A stretch of 248,000 nt of DNA, taken from assembly GCF_000400465.1 (NCBI RefSeq), contig NW_008806276.1:20001-268000 (forward strand), given 5' to 3'. Shown here one piece after another: positions 186,923 through 200,573 of the stretch. Position numbers and translations under genes: made by a program. Source of the stretch: Wallemia ichthyophaga EXF-994. Taxonomy: Eukaryota > Fungi > Basidiomycota. Under the pieces are notes generated by a model. It saw nothing but the letters and a program-made list of their open reading frames with translations. It was not told the DNA's origin and searched no databases. Positions within the stretch are counted from its first letter, which is position 1. Every line of letters starts with the position of its first letter.

Positions 186923-189900
186923 TCAAATTGCATATCCGTACCCTGATTCCCCTTTCAAACTATACCCTGATTTGCTTTGTGGTAAATACGACACGCGATT
187001 TGAAGCTGGCTTCGCACTCCCTTCCGAGCTCACACTGCGCGCCGACATGGAATCCATCGACGATGCAGATGCTTCTCTTTTGTGAGAATACGAGCGTGGT
187101 GTCATAATACTATCAAACCCAGCAACACTACTTGCAGAAGACGTAGCCGTCAACGGTGGTGTCTGTAATGAGTTATTGTTGAAATATCCAAATGAACTTG
187201 ACTGCTTGTTTGGTCCTAACTCATCTAATCTCGTTGGACGTGCTTTCCTTGTACTGTTGCTAGCTGCAGAAGGAGGCACTGACTTGATCGTGTTCATCGA
187301 TTTGGAATTAAAAGATCCCAGACTACTCTCTACTGCTGCGTTAATACGTCGGTCATATTGAGTCGTACGCGAGTTGTGCTGTGGCGCCTCTATCGATGCT
187401 CTAAACGACTTCATCGATGGGAGCGATGGCACATGCTGCGAATCTCTATTGCGTACACCTTCCAATCCACTCGCAAACGACGTCTTCTGGGCTGGTGCAG
187501 AATATGGAAGTGTTGGAAGTGCCTTCTTCTCCAATTCCTTCTTTTGAGGAAGAAGTAAAGAAATTCTTTCTTTACTCTGCTTGCGAGGTGCATACTCTTC
187601 GACTGGTGGGACGCTAGATGAACGCGCTGCTTTCCATGCCGCATCCATTGCCATCCTGGCTCTTATCTGTTGCTGCTCAAGGTCACTGCGACGCTTCTCA
187701 CCAGAGGGATCGGCGTGTATTGAGTCAAATTCATTTTCCATCGTATGCAGCCAGCTAGTGTTGCTCTTAGCGGCCTTGCTTGCGTTTCGCTGAGGCAGCA
187801 CTGAGTTATCGATTGGCTGCTGACTGATTCTCCGACTCCTATTCTCATCCTTGTAGGGCGATGGTGTGGATCTGGGTACCGTCGAGATAGAGTTGGATGG
187901 TTTCAGCCACGTGTTGCGCGTGTTTTTGTCGTTATTTTTCTTTTCTAGCACTTGAGCCTGCGAGAGGACGTTGGGAGTGGCCTTAAAGGACGAGAATCGA
188001 GGTGGGTGAATCATTTTCGGCTCGCTGTGATCTATGTTCATATCAGCCTCCCTCAATCTTCTTCTACGTCGATTATTTGGTTGCTCGTCCGATGGTTCCG
188101 TCTCTTCCGCTATCTTTGGAGAAAGCGGAGTAGGCATCCAATCTCGCAAACTGAGCGACGATATTTCAGCTCTTTTCTGAGCTTGTGGTTTGGCGGTAGC
188201 ATTGGCGGGTTTCTGATTGGCTTTTGGCGATGCTTCAGTAGCCTTTGGCTTGGGTGGATCAGCCGCCACTGGTTGCTCGGATATTCTGCGCAGCTGTGTC
188301 TGGAGCTTCTTCTGTGATTCCGGAGAGATATGTATCACCTTGTTGTCTTCCACCATATCCTCCTCTTCCTGAGAAGAACGCGACGAGTTTGAAGCGTTGG
188401 TGACATGGAATGTTGACCTTGTAGTGCGATCGTCTATTGAGCCATTAACACTGCAATTTTTAATATGATTCCCAGTTTGTGTTTGCACTGTTTCTGGTAC
188501 TGTTGGTGCTGCTGATGCTGGCTTCTGACTCCTTTCACAGGTGATGCTATCGAGAGGGGACTCCGGTAGCTCAATTTCGTCGGGACCAACAGCGGGCAGT
188601 GCGATTTCTTGTGGAGGCGTTTTGTCTGTGTCTAAGAGCTCCACGCCGTCGTTTAGCTCTGGACGATCGCGGGGATCGAGCTGGAATGAAAAGGATGGTG
188701 GAAGGCTGTCCTTTGATTTCGATGAAAGCATGGACGCAGAGCCTCCCGATTGACGCATGTCTTCAAGCTTCTGTAGATCGTGTGAGGGTGAGTGTTTTGC
188801 CTTCCAGCCAATACATACCTTGGCCATGTCCGCTATCTTCTTCTGTAAAGCTTTGACCTCATCGTCATCATAGATTGACACTGAGTCACGTAGAGTTTTC
188901 TCCGTTTCCAGATCCTTCTCCAACTTGTGCATGTCTTGATTCGCCATCTTTGTTATGTCTTGACTTTCCGGCTTCTCGATATCGTCACTCTCTACCTTAT
189001 CCATCTTCACGTTCTCTGCCTGCTCCAAGTTCTCGTTATCTACCTTGTCTACTTTCTCAGAATCATCATTGGTGACATCAAGTGATTGAGAAGGAGTGAC
189101 GGTACTCAAGCTATCACGACTTGGACTGCTTGTCAATACCAACCCTGATATCTGCTGCGAAGGACTTCTTGTTGGACTGTAATCGAGTGCATCTTCGCTG
189201 CTCTCATCGCCCTCATACTCGCTTACTTTGAGTGGTGAGAGTGGTCTCAAGTCAAGCAGCGGCGGTGGGGAGGAGAAGTTTGAAAAGGTGTCTGAGAAGC
189301 CATCTTCCGTGCTTTTAGAGTCATCGTTAAATGAGTCAGTTGACATGTGTTTCTTGACGGCCTCCAAGCTGGAAAATATCTTTGAACGGTCCTTGGCGTC
189401 TTGGTCACTCTTGAAGAATTCACTCCCAATGGTGCAATGTCCCTCAACGTACTCAGACACGTTGAGCACATCGTTACTGCCGTTAGAGATCACCTCTTCA
189501 TCTTCTCTAGGCGATTCAAACCTTTTTCCCTCGAAGAAACCAAATTTCTTCGAATTTGGGCTAGGACCTAGAGCCATCAGCGACGACTTGTCGAGCTCCT
189601 TCTTAGAGCTGCTAGGGCTGAGGACTGACTTATCGAGTTCGAACGACGTGAGTGAGTCGTCTTTGGTGTATGAATTGAGAAATTGAGAGGGATCGAAGCT
189701 GTTGTTGCCATCGTTGAAGCTGCTCAGAGTGCTACTGTTGACCATTTGGTTGTTTTCATGACTGATGCTGTCATTTTTGGTATCGCCAGTCTGATCGGCT
189801 GCGTTGTGAGTAGCGTGCTCTTTAGAAGGCGACGATCCAAAGCTTCGAGTGTCTGGTGTACCTGGAGTGCTGCGAACATTTACACTAATCCCAGAAGACG

Positions 189901-190973
189901 ATCTTTCGTTAGGGATTGAAGATGAAGAGGAACCGATTTTGATAGCCTGCAAGCTGAATGGGATCGAGTGAAGTGAAGAGTACTTGTTGGACGCTCCACT
190001 ATCCGCCTTTCTAACTGAAGGGCTTGAGTTTGAGCGCTTGCGAGTAGTAGCTGTATTTAACGCATTGTTGAGGCGTGCTTCGATGATTTGGCTCTCCTGT
190101 AACGGTGGTGCACCTGAAACTGTCGAACTTCTCCCCCTACCCAATATAGGTGGATTGGGGGGTAATCGGGATGGACGAGGTGGTGGTCCTGATTGCATAG
190201 GCGATGTGCGCATCCTGTGTTTTGTACTTAGTGAAAGTGAAACACACGACTCCTCACTCACGTTGAATAGATAGAAACGCTCTCGAATGACTCATCACTC
190301 ACGCTGTGTCTTAAACTTTTGTTCCTCATCCCAAGTCCTTTGATTGATTGAGTGAAAGATACCTTTGCAGTGCGAGGCGGTGGAGAAGCACGCTCGTTCT
190401 CGTATGATTCCAACCTCTTTTTGAGAAAGTTGGACATTCCAATAAAGGGAATAGGCCTTCTAGTACGTGGTGGACGCTTCGGTGGCTCTGTTTTGGAAAA
190501 TGAATTGATGTCACCACTAGGACGACCGAGCCTGGACGATTGAGAGTCTCTGTACCTGTATCAAGATTGAGTTGTGCTGATAATTGCTGTTTTACAATTT
190601 ACACTCACTGGAATTCTATATGCGTGCTATCATCCCTGTTGCTGGAGGATGACATCATTGAAGCCTCTCCGCCGTGATAGATGGCTGGTATCTTGGGCAC
190701 AGGTGGAGCAAAGGGATCAGCTTCCTTAGTGAAGAGCTCTGGTGACTCTTTGAATTGTTTGTCGGGGTTGCCAGCAGATGAGCTGGTGCTTTTCGAGCGT
190801 CTGCGGGTGTGCAGATCAGGTAACGGATGGATAAGGGAGTCACGTATGTCGTGCAAAGATACTGAGCTAGGGAATGGCAGCTGAAGCGGCCGTGAAATTT
190901 CCTTCTTCTTCTCCGCCGAACCAGGCTTCTTCAACTGAGACTTTGACTTTTTCTTGAACAATGTGAATCCCAT
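186923..190973 (-). CDS. Large low-complexity Ser-rich protein; 190605-190973 is probably its 5' exon
   Basis: 1112-aa ORF; upstream same-strand ORF with DIRDSLIHP. Confidence 0.5.
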
Positions 190974-192113
190974 GGTTTTTTAAAAGAAAGATTGACTGCT
191001 ACACCGCTTTAGCTGCAATAGAAAAGCGCGCATCGTTAGTGATTGATTTCGTGAAAGGTGATGTAAGGGACGGCTTACCTAGAACGTTTGAGAATATGGG
191101 GATCTGTATGACTTGGCTGGAGCTGCTTGAATGAAGACTCTGGAGCTAATTAATTTGCTTGATTGGCTTTCTTACTTCTTTTCTTCTTTCAATAGCGCGT
191201 TACTCTCCTTAGTGTCGCTGCTACACTCCCCTCAATCCTCTGTGAGCGTCTGCGTTAGAATTGCAAGTGCCTGTTTACTCGCATACTCATTCCTCGCTGT
191301 TCATTCTCGAGTCTCTCCTCGCTCAGGTATGACAGCACGTCTGACATGCTCGGGAGGTATGGGCCTGACAATCGATACACGCTTCTAGACGTCTGTGTGT
191401 CTGACAGTGTGTCTTTATATCCGCGTTTTTCATATGCGCTATTATTTATCCTCACAGCGGGTAACTGGCTGCGGATGCTGCACGTGCATCATTAATAAGG
191501 TTGCGCGATGATGCAATACGATGCACAAGGTCCCAAGAAGAAATTTCTGGTACAATTTTGACAGCCTAATCTGACATATGTACGCGTAGCTTGAGTAAAA
191601 CGCGTTGAATTTGGTATGAAATTGATCGAACTTGGATGTTTATGGTGAGGCGTTTAGCTTGAATGACTTTTCAGAGTTGCTTAAAATATCTGTGCTATTC
191701 TTTGTGTGTATTTTCGCGCTTCAAAGTAGGTTGATTTCGATTGATTGTATGCTCAACTCATTGTTACGTGATTCACAGTTCCAATAGGTAGCTTAAAAGA
191801 TGCTTACATAAATTTAGTCTAATTTAAATCGAAAACTTATGAAAGCATGATGATGATGATGATGAAATCCGAATATATTGTTGAGACGATACATGTTTAA
191901 AACTGCTTCCATCAACACTTCTTAAAGCATGAAGATTCAAAGGGGGTGTGGAATTTGCTGGAAGCGTTTCTTGATTAGCATCGTAATCTCTAAATTGTTG
192001 GTAGTTCTCAATAAAACTGTGCCACCAGAAAAATTATGAAATGGTCGTTTTTATGAGCATTTGATTGACAATTTTTTTTCATTTGAATATGTAGTTAACA
192101 AAACCTCTCAGTT

Positions 192114-192375
192114 TCAACAACCGATTAGCGCAACGGGCGCTTCAGTGGCTCAATGGTAGAGTATTGGACTTCTAGTATCATCGAAGGGTTCAAACCGAGT
192201 TGAACTAGCCATCCAAAGGTTGCGGGTTCGAGCCCCGTCTGAAGTAGTGGTAATCTACAACCAATCTTTTTTGGTGTTTCTTATGATATTTTTCCTTTGT
192301 TGAATAACTCGCTTAATCTTTTTCTTCATTACTTTAGGTTTATCCCCTCAGTCCTACTAATGAAATCATGTGTCT
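192114..192375 (+). repeat. Right arm of the tRNA-Arg-containing inverted repeat
   Basis: Reverse complement of 178595-178855. Confidence 0.92.
192139..192246 (+). tRNA. tRNA-Arg(TCT) with 36-nt intron (identical to 178723-178830)
   Basis: Full cloverleaf with A and B boxes. Confidence 0.93.
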
Positions 192376-192474
192376 CTTTTCGATTTGCACATCTGACAAT
192401 TCGCTGATATACAAGTAACAGACGCGATTAATAAAGCGATCACTATAAATATTCCATTCGAAACTACAAAACTA

Positions 192475-193758
192475 TCCTCTTCGCCGTTTAGTACCAACAC
192501 TATCGCGTCCACCGTCTCTGGACCATGGCAGAGACTTCTTCTCCTTGCCTTCATGACGCTTACGTTTGCGTTCTTCAGATTTCTTGACTGCTTTGTTACC
192601 CCCTTTAGCACGTAAGGCGTCTTTCTGAGCCTCTTCGACGCGTTTACGCTTTTCGGCTGTAAAGTAGTGGTAATGAGAATAAGTGGTGTGGATTGATAGG
192701 CAGGGTACTCACAATCTTTCAAAAAGTAAGCCTTCTTACCATCACTTATCTTCTCGCGCTCTTCCTTCTTAATCTTCCTAAGAGTATCCTTCTCGATATC
192801 CTTCTTTTGAGACGTCCTCACCTGCGAGCTCATGCTTTGGATTTGCTGGGTCAAGTTGTCGACCTCGGCTTGATGATGTGAGATGAGATATTGTTTATCA
192901 TCAGTGCTACTGGGTAAAGCGCGAGCTCTGCGCAGAGATAAATCAGCAGCTTTGAGTTGATCTTTAACGTTAGACACCTCCTTCTCGACGGAACCTTTCA
193001 AGAAAGAGAATGACTTTTCGAACAGGTCTTGGGAGAAGTTGCCACTGAGTGATAAGAAGCGAGGATCACGAGATTTCTGTGAGTGAGAAAAGTCGCGTAA
193101 GAGTGAGTTTCGTTGCGAAATGGATAACGTACTACTTTATCTACATCCACTACATCTCTCTTCCTGCTTGTTGGTTTCCTACTTGTAATTTCTGTGGGAG
193201 CATGCTTATTGGCCCTTTTGTGCTTATCTTTGGTGTCTTTAATGACTTTATCTGGTTTGTTGGTGTCAGACTTGCCCCTTTTAGCTTGCTGTTTCTGCCA
193301 AAGATCTTCTTTAGCTTTGGCAAGCGCCTGTGCTCTGTTTACTTTGCGCTCGTCGTCGTTGAGCTCATCATTGGTGCTATCGAGACGGGAGGATGCGTGA
193401 GCGAGTGCAGCGAGAGGGAGAGAGTTGTAGGAGGCGTTCAAAGATGTTTGAGAGGATGAATCAGAGTCTTCTGCGCTGTTAACGTCTTCTACGCCTTCTT
193501 GGTCCACTAAATCATGCTAGAGTGGGTCAAATTGAGTAAAAAAAAAGACCAAATGAAACGCACGCCATTGGATACATTAGAATTAGTAAACTTCAATCTA
193601 TCAGCCTCAAATTCGTCTTCCTCGTCCAAATCATGTTCATCGATGTATTGAGCAGCGTGGGGAGAATCACTGTGCTGACTAGTGTCATCCGGCCCATCAC
193701 TTTCATCACTGTCATCTTGATAGAGAGGTTTAATAAAATTTTCACTGGAATTGTTCAT
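192475..193758 (-). CDS. RRP36: rRNA biogenesis protein Rrp36
   Basis: [28 protein letters not shown]. Confidence 0.85.
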
Positions 193759-193821
193759 CGTGGTAGGCCAAAGTGCGGGTTGTGACGAACGATCAAGTTA
193801 AAATTAAATTAAATTTTATTA

Positions 193822-196789
193822 ATGGAAGAAAATATTTACGGTGCAGAAACTGAGCAGACGATAGCAGAGCAGCTGAGTAGCTTGAACCAGGTTTTGGGTG
193901 GTGGTGATGATGGTGGTGGAGACAGCGGGAATACTGAGGATACTGGGGATCTACAGGCACAGGAATTGATGCCGACAACGGAACAGCCACAGCCACACGA
194001 TCACGACCAGCCTCCTTTCCTCCGCGACGATAAAGACGATGGCACTGACAGCGCTAGCACTTACAAGGAGGCTGAGCAGAGTTTGCAGGATACGACTGGA
194101 ATGGCGGAATCGAGTGACGTGAGTGGTGTAGCAGATGAAACTGCTCCTGGACTGGACGTGGGTGTGGTGGCAGATTCAGACGCAAACGCAGCCACCGCCG
194201 CGGCACAATCACAGTCACAGTCACAGACACCTACAGCACCAACCGCAGCAACCACCACTACCACCTCTCAAATACCCCCACTCGCCATCCCAAAAAACAG
194301 AAAAGAAAGCCTGGAAATGCAACTAAAGAGCGACCCACGCGATGCTGACGGATGGCTTGAATTGATTGCCCACCTCGACTCACTCGGTCGCAATCTCGTT
194401 GGCGATGAGTTGGAAGCGTGGTGGAGTGAGTACACAAGCGTATACGATGCCTTTTTCAAAATCTGGCCCTGTGCTGTATGTCTTTAGCTCTGAGCGTGAT
194501 CGCGACTGGTTTGTGCACCCGCTTACCTTGTTCAGGTGAAGCAATGGCAGGCTTACATTGACAAATGTCTCAGTCTCACGCCACCGCGGATGAAAAAGGT
194601 GGAAGAAATCTTCAGCAAGGCGCTTAAACAGACGCCTTCGCCCGATTTCTGGTCCTCGTATCTCAACTACATACGCCGCAACAACGACGGCGGCGAGGGG
194701 AGGCAGGTGGTAGTGAAAGCTTACGAGTTTGCCATCTCTCACGTGGGTCAGGATAAGGATTCCGGGGAGATCTGGCTGGCCTATATAAGGTTTCTCAAGG
194801 ACGGCGCTGCTACCAACACGTGGGAGGAGCAGCAGCGTATGGATGCGCTCAGAAGGACGTACCAGCGCGCAGTCGTGATACCGATCCAGAATCTCGAAGC
194901 GATTTGGCGTGAGTGGGATGCATTTGAGGGGTCGCTCAACAAAGTCACGGTGGGTAAAAGAGTGCAGAACTATCAAATAACCTCACATATCACAAAATAG
195001 GCTAAGAAATTCCTCGCGGATAAATCGCCCGCGTACATGACAGCGCGGTCTGCACTACGTGAAATGCGTAGTCTGGTAGATGCTCCTGTGAATCTGTTCC
195101 ACATGGACGGTACGCTCGCGCGGCGCCCGAGCTGGACGGAGCGGGAGAGGCAAGTAGTGGGAGCGTGGAAGCGGTATCTGGCATGGGAGGAGGGCAATCC
195201 GTTGGAGCTAGAGGATGAGGCAGCGCGCCACAGTCGTGTGTCGTATGCATTCAAGAAAGCACTCGTGTACATGCGCTTCTATCCGGAGATATGGTACCGG
195301 GCGTACATCGCACACAGGAGCATGGGGCGCGACGAAGAGGCATTTAGTCTGCTCAAGCAGGGCAGCGAGGCTGTACCTGAGAGCTATTTGCTCTCCTTCG
195401 CCCGTGCCGAGGCGGAGGAATTGGCGCAAAATTACAGAGAAGCACACGCGGTCCTCCACCGTCTCCTCGCATGCGTCGTCGCTCACGCTCAAGCTATCGA
195501 GACTGGTATTCTTCGCCAGCAAGCCGAACTTGACGCTCAGTTGCCGAGTATCGAGCAGCAGGCGAATGCTGCACAGGCCGCAGGCGAGAATGAGGGCGAG
195601 GTGCGCGAGAAGAGGCGCATAGCAGAGGGCGAAATTACTAGTAAGAAGGAGGCTGTAGCCAAGTCCAAAGCGAAGGACCTCGACGAGCTTTGCAAAGGTG
195701 CAGGTCTGACGTGGGTGATGAAAATGCGCTTAGCGAGGAGATCAGAGGGGATCAAAGCTGCGCGTGTGGTTTTCAAAGAAGCGCGTACCTCGCCCTATTG
195801 CACTTGGCAGGTGTTTGAAGCAGGCGGTGAGTGTAGTGTGATACTTGGGTACAATACACTAATACACCCGCAGCTATGATGGAGTACCACAGCTCGAAAG
195901 ACGCATCGGTAGCAACGAAGATATTCGAGCTCGGGCTGAAGCGTTTCGCTGGGGAGATAGACTATGTGCTCAAGTATCTCGATTTCCTCATTAGTATCAA
196001 CGACGAAGGGAGTGAGTACAATGGAAGGGGTGTTAGATGAGCAGATTGACTGATATATACACAGATGCACGCGCGCTGTTTGAACGGATAGCGCCGGGGA
196101 TGGGTGCTGAGAAAGCACGGCCATTGTGGACGCGATGGGCATCGTACGAGTACATGTACAGCGATCTTCCAAGTGCACTCAAACTGGAGCAGCGCCTCGC
196201 AGACACATTCCCAGAAGAGCAACCCATACGACGCTTTGCGGAGAGACACTCGCACCAGCGTGTTGATAAAATCGCTACTACAGACCTCGGATACGGCGTC
196301 AAGGCACCGACAGCACCGAGGATGGGCGACAACGCGAGTGGTGGCGGGAAGCGTGAGCGTGAGCGTGAACGTACTCAGCCGGTGGATCTCGAGGAAGAGC
196401 GGAACAAACGCCTGAAGCGTGATGTTGGAGGTGAGAGAGAAGGCGGTAGAAATAGTATCACTAGCAACAACAGCAACAACAACAGCAACAACAATGTTAA
196501 TAGCAAATCAAGACAGTCGCAGCAATTGCCTTTGCCACCTCATCGCAATCAGCGGAATTCACCTGCTCAAGGGGTGCAGATTGGTGGAGCACCAATACAT
196601 TTAGGCAGTGGTAGAGGAGTGGGTGGAATGGGTGGAATAGGTGGAATAGCACCACCAACAGCACCCAGACAGGTAAAGGATCCACTGGGATTGGTGCTGC
196701 AGATGCTACCACAGGCGCGGTATTTCGACGGACCGATAATCAACACGGAGGATATCTTGTTCGCGTTCCGTAATTTGCAGTTGCCGTAG
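193822..196789 (+). CDS. RNA14: mRNA 3'-end processing factor Rna14/CstF77
   Basis: HAT repeats, [31 protein letters not shown]. Confidence 0.92.
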
Positions 196790-196877
196790 ATTGCAGAAGC
196801 CGGGGAAGCCGGGTGGGGAGAGAGGAAAAGGTGGAAAAGAGTAAAATGAATTTAATACACACGTTACGATAACAACC

Positions 196878-197783
196878 ATGAGTGCGAGTGGAGCGACAGA
196901 GACGGCGTTGGAGTTGCTGCCAAAGCTGTTGAGTTTGGACGTGCCATTGGATAAAGAGAGATGCAGCACACTGCTCAACTACCGCCATTCGATACTGCCA
197001 CCTAGGAAAGTTGAAGAGTTTCTGTCATGGGAACCGAGTGCGAATATAGTGGAGCAATTGCAGGAGATTAGCTCAGACGAGGGATTGGAGCGTGTACCAG
197101 TTGGTTATAAATACGAGGAGGATGGACAGTATGTGAGGATGAGGTTGGGAGGATTGTATTTGGTGTTGAAGGAGGAGAGCGATGTTAATAATGATAATAA
197201 CATTGGCAATAACAATGATAATAACATTGGTAATAACAATAACAATAACAATAACAATAACAATAACAATAACACCAAGGAACATTGGAAATTTCACAAT
197301 CTTCAACTAGCAGATAAACACACAAACATGGAAAATACAGGTTGGTACACAAACCAGGATATGGCGTTGGATGCATTCATACTCACAGCTGAACGTGTTA
197401 TCAGCGACGCTAATGCAAACGCTGGCAAACACACAGAGCAAGAGAAGGAAGACACGGCGAACAAGGATTTCTGGGCAGATTTCTCTGACGAAAGCGGTGA
197501 GAGCGGTGAGAGCGGTGAAGAGAATCAAGGAAATTACATTCAAGACAACCAAGACACCTTCTACACGCGCCAGGCAGAAGAACATATCAGCACAGTGGAT
197601 GACACACGCAACTCGGATAACCAGCTCGATAGAGCCGTTAAAATGGCAATTGGTGGAATCTGGGGGATGTTTAAGGAGAGCAGAACGCAAGGGGAGGATC
197701 ACAGCAATCACAGCGATCCCACCAACCAAACAACCGATGAAGAAAGATTTCTTGAACTTGTTTTACAATCATTGAACGCATAA
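196878..197783 (+). CDS. Uncharacterised acidic protein with poly-Asn tract
   Basis: 301-aa ORF; (AAT/AAC)n at about 197185-197275. Confidence 0.5.
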   Translation: MSASGATETALELLPKLLSLDVPLDKERCSTLLNYRHSILPPRKVEEFLSWEPSANIVEQLQEISSDEGLERVPVGYKYEEDGQYVRMRLGGLYLVLKEESDVNNDNNIGNNNDNNIGNNNNNNNNNNNNNNTKEHWKFHNLQLADKHTNMENTGWYTNQDMALDAFILTAERVISDANANAGKHTEQEKEDTANKDFWADFSDESGESGESGEENQGNYIQDNQDTFYTRQAEEHISTVDDTRNSDNQLDRAVKMAIGGIWGMFKESRTQGEDHSNHSDPTNQTTDEERFLELVLQSLNA

Positions 197784-197811
197784 TTGGATTTATTGCATAA
197801 CTATTACCACC

Positions 197812-198696
197812 AATGAGTACATTACATAGCGCGGCACAAGAGGGTTTGTGGAGGATGAAATAGCTTGGCAGTTGTATTCACAAGCCTACAGCTCAATTGG
197901 GGGAATTGAATGAGTTGCTAAACGCACAACCAAACTCAATTGACAAACTGGACAAGGTGCGTTGGGAGTATTAGGAGTTGCAAGCACCAACACACTGACA
198001 CAGAACACACGCTCTCCTTTACATTGGGGCTGTACATCCAGTCATCCCTCTGTCGTTAGAATGTTGCTGGAAAGAGGCGCAAAAGTCGATATTGAGGATG
198101 GTTTAGGGTGGACACCTCTCATGATAGCCAGTGGGTGGATTGTGAGTTATTTAGCACACTTCTCACAAGCACTCAAGGCTCTGCGGGTAGTTTGGAGATA
198201 GTGGATATGCTGATAAAGAATGGAGCATCAGTTAATCACGTAAACAACAAGGGACAAGCATCTTTGCATTACGCTGCATCCAAGAATCATGCCACTGTGA
198301 GTGGATTTCGTTGGTTTATTTGAATTCACTCGAATAACTCGCCAGATTGCTCATTTACTTCTGGAAAAGGGAGCGGATGTAAACGTGAAAGATAAAGCTA
198401 ATCAGCATCCTTTGCACCGCGCAGCTACAACAGGCAACGGTGATATCATCAAGTTACTCATTAGTCCGCCTAATGCACAACACAAGACGAGACTTAATAC
198501 AGCTGACAGGCTGGGCAACACACCGCTACACCTTGCAATGGAATCAGGCCATGCTTCTACTGCTATTCTACTTATAAACGCAGGTGCTGACAGGGAGAGA
198601 CAGAATTTTGATCAACAGACACCACTCGAAATTGAGGGAGTTGGTGGACAAGAGCAACGTAGAGTTGTTGATAGTGTATTGTACGCCTGTAAATGA
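197812..198696 (+). CDS. NAS6: Proteasome assembly chaperone Nas6/gankyrin
   Basis: Ankyrin repeats RSPLHW, GWTPLMIAS, PLHRAA, TPLHLA. Confidence 0.85.
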
Positions 198697-198789
198697 ATCC
198701 TTTATCCACTTTAAAAAAACTTCAACATTTCCGGCGATCAGATTCACAGCATCGACTTGGAATTTCTCAGACAGACGACGACGACCAAG

Positions 198790-200428
198790 ATGACAAAACC
198801 AGAAAATAAATACGAAGCAAAGTTTGAGTGGTTAGTCAGGAAATCGCTGTGTATTTAACGCTTAAATACCCCTGCAGGCATGATAGATCCGCCCACGACG
198901 TTCACCTCCAAGGAAGTTTCACGGGATGGATGAATGACAGCAATATCCCATTGAAGAAAGGCCAAGATGGCGTTTGGAGGGCTAGTCACTACGTAACCTA
199001 CTCAGCGAAACAGTAAGCCAACCAAACGCGTTTGAATTGGGCTTACACGTTTAATACAGCCAATATCGCTATAAAGTGAATGGGGAGTGGAAGATTGATC
199101 CACGCGTTGAGTCGTCGCATGGCAGTCCACTCAACGTCCTGGTCAACTACTTTTTCGCTCCAAATCAACCACCGTCGTCGAATAGAGCAGACAAGAAGAA
199201 AAACAAGAGGAAAACTAAGAAGGCTTTGAAGGGCGTCGATAGCCATGGTAATGAAACCCATGGCAACGACAGCCACGATGACAGCAACAGCAACTCAGAC
199301 CATGACGATGATGCCGTTGAACACCTCACTGACCATCATTCCAAGTCTAAAAACCGCGTCTCTGCTAATACTACATCTTGGCCAGCTATTCCTGAGAAAC
199401 CTGAGAAAACTCACGCTCACTCTGACAAGCAGCATAACCAGAAGAAAGAGGATAACCAGAATAACCAAGATAAGGCTTTTGACGGCGTTGTTGCAGGTGC
199501 TACTGAGGGTGCCAAGAAAAACACCGCAGACACCTCATACACTCATCAACAAGAAGTATCCCCAGAAGATGAATCAAAATCGGCTCAAGACAAGGTTGTT
199601 TCACCTGCTCAAGATGGCCATCAAGAAGATCAGCACAAAGAATCAGCCACCACCGACACCAATGATACTAGCAACACCAATGAAACACCGGATAATGTTA
199701 CAGACGACACTAAAATCAACCCACCAATAACTGGCGTCGCTGCTCAAGTTCCAACAAATTCCAACACCACTGGTGAAGATGTCAAGCACAAGGTTGAGGA
199801 TGCTGAGAAGAACGTCGATGACGTCAAGAAGAATGGTGAGGCTAAGGCAGATGAGTCCAATAAGGATGTCCAAGACAAGGCAGCAGTTGCTAAGCAGGAT
199901 GCTGAGAAGAAGGAGGCTCAAGCTAAACAGGATGCTGAGAAGAAGGCGGCTCAGGCTAAGCAAGATGAAGAAAATAAAGCAGCTCAAGCCAAGCAGGATG
200001 CCGATAAGAAGACGGAAGAAGCCAAGAACTCAGCCGCCCAAGCTAAACAAGACGCTGATAAGAAAGCTCAGGAAGCCAAGAACTCGGCCGACCAAGCTAA
200101 ACAAGACGCCGACAAGAAGGCTGAAGAAGCCAAAGACTCCGCAGCCCAAGCTAAGGGCGAAGTAAAGGAAAGCGCCACTCAAGCTAAAGAGCAGGTGAAT
200201 ACCTCTGCCGCGCAGGCTCAAACCCAAGCAAACAGCAGTGCCGCACAGGCCCAAAACGAGGCAAACACAGTCAAGAAGGATGCCACGAATGCAGCTAAGG
200301 AGAGTGCCTCTGAAGCTAAAACTGAGTCTAAAGAGGCAGTCAAAGAAGCCACTGAGAGGAAGCCTTCGCTGCCAAAGAGAATATCAAAACGTATCTCTGG
200401 AATGCTGCACCTTGGAAGTAAGAAGTAA
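198790..200428 (+). CDS. CBM48/AMPK-beta-type glycogen-binding protein with A/K/Q-rich repeat tail
   Basis: VHLQGSFTGW, YKVNGEWKID; KQDAEKKAAQA repeats. Confidence 0.65.
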
Positions 200429-200573
200429 AGCTTAGAGCTTAAAGCGAGACTTAATGCCCAATCCTACTAATTTAACTGTATCTACTTATAATTTTAATTT
200501 TAATAAACAAAATAAAATTTCACCTTATTAGTGTTGTCTCTGGCTTTGTCTATTTCCTTTAACACTACAGCGA

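Noticed and set aside
197185-197275. Poly-Asn microsatellite and other poly-Q/P/S tracts
   Set aside because: Ordinary coding low-complexity sequence.
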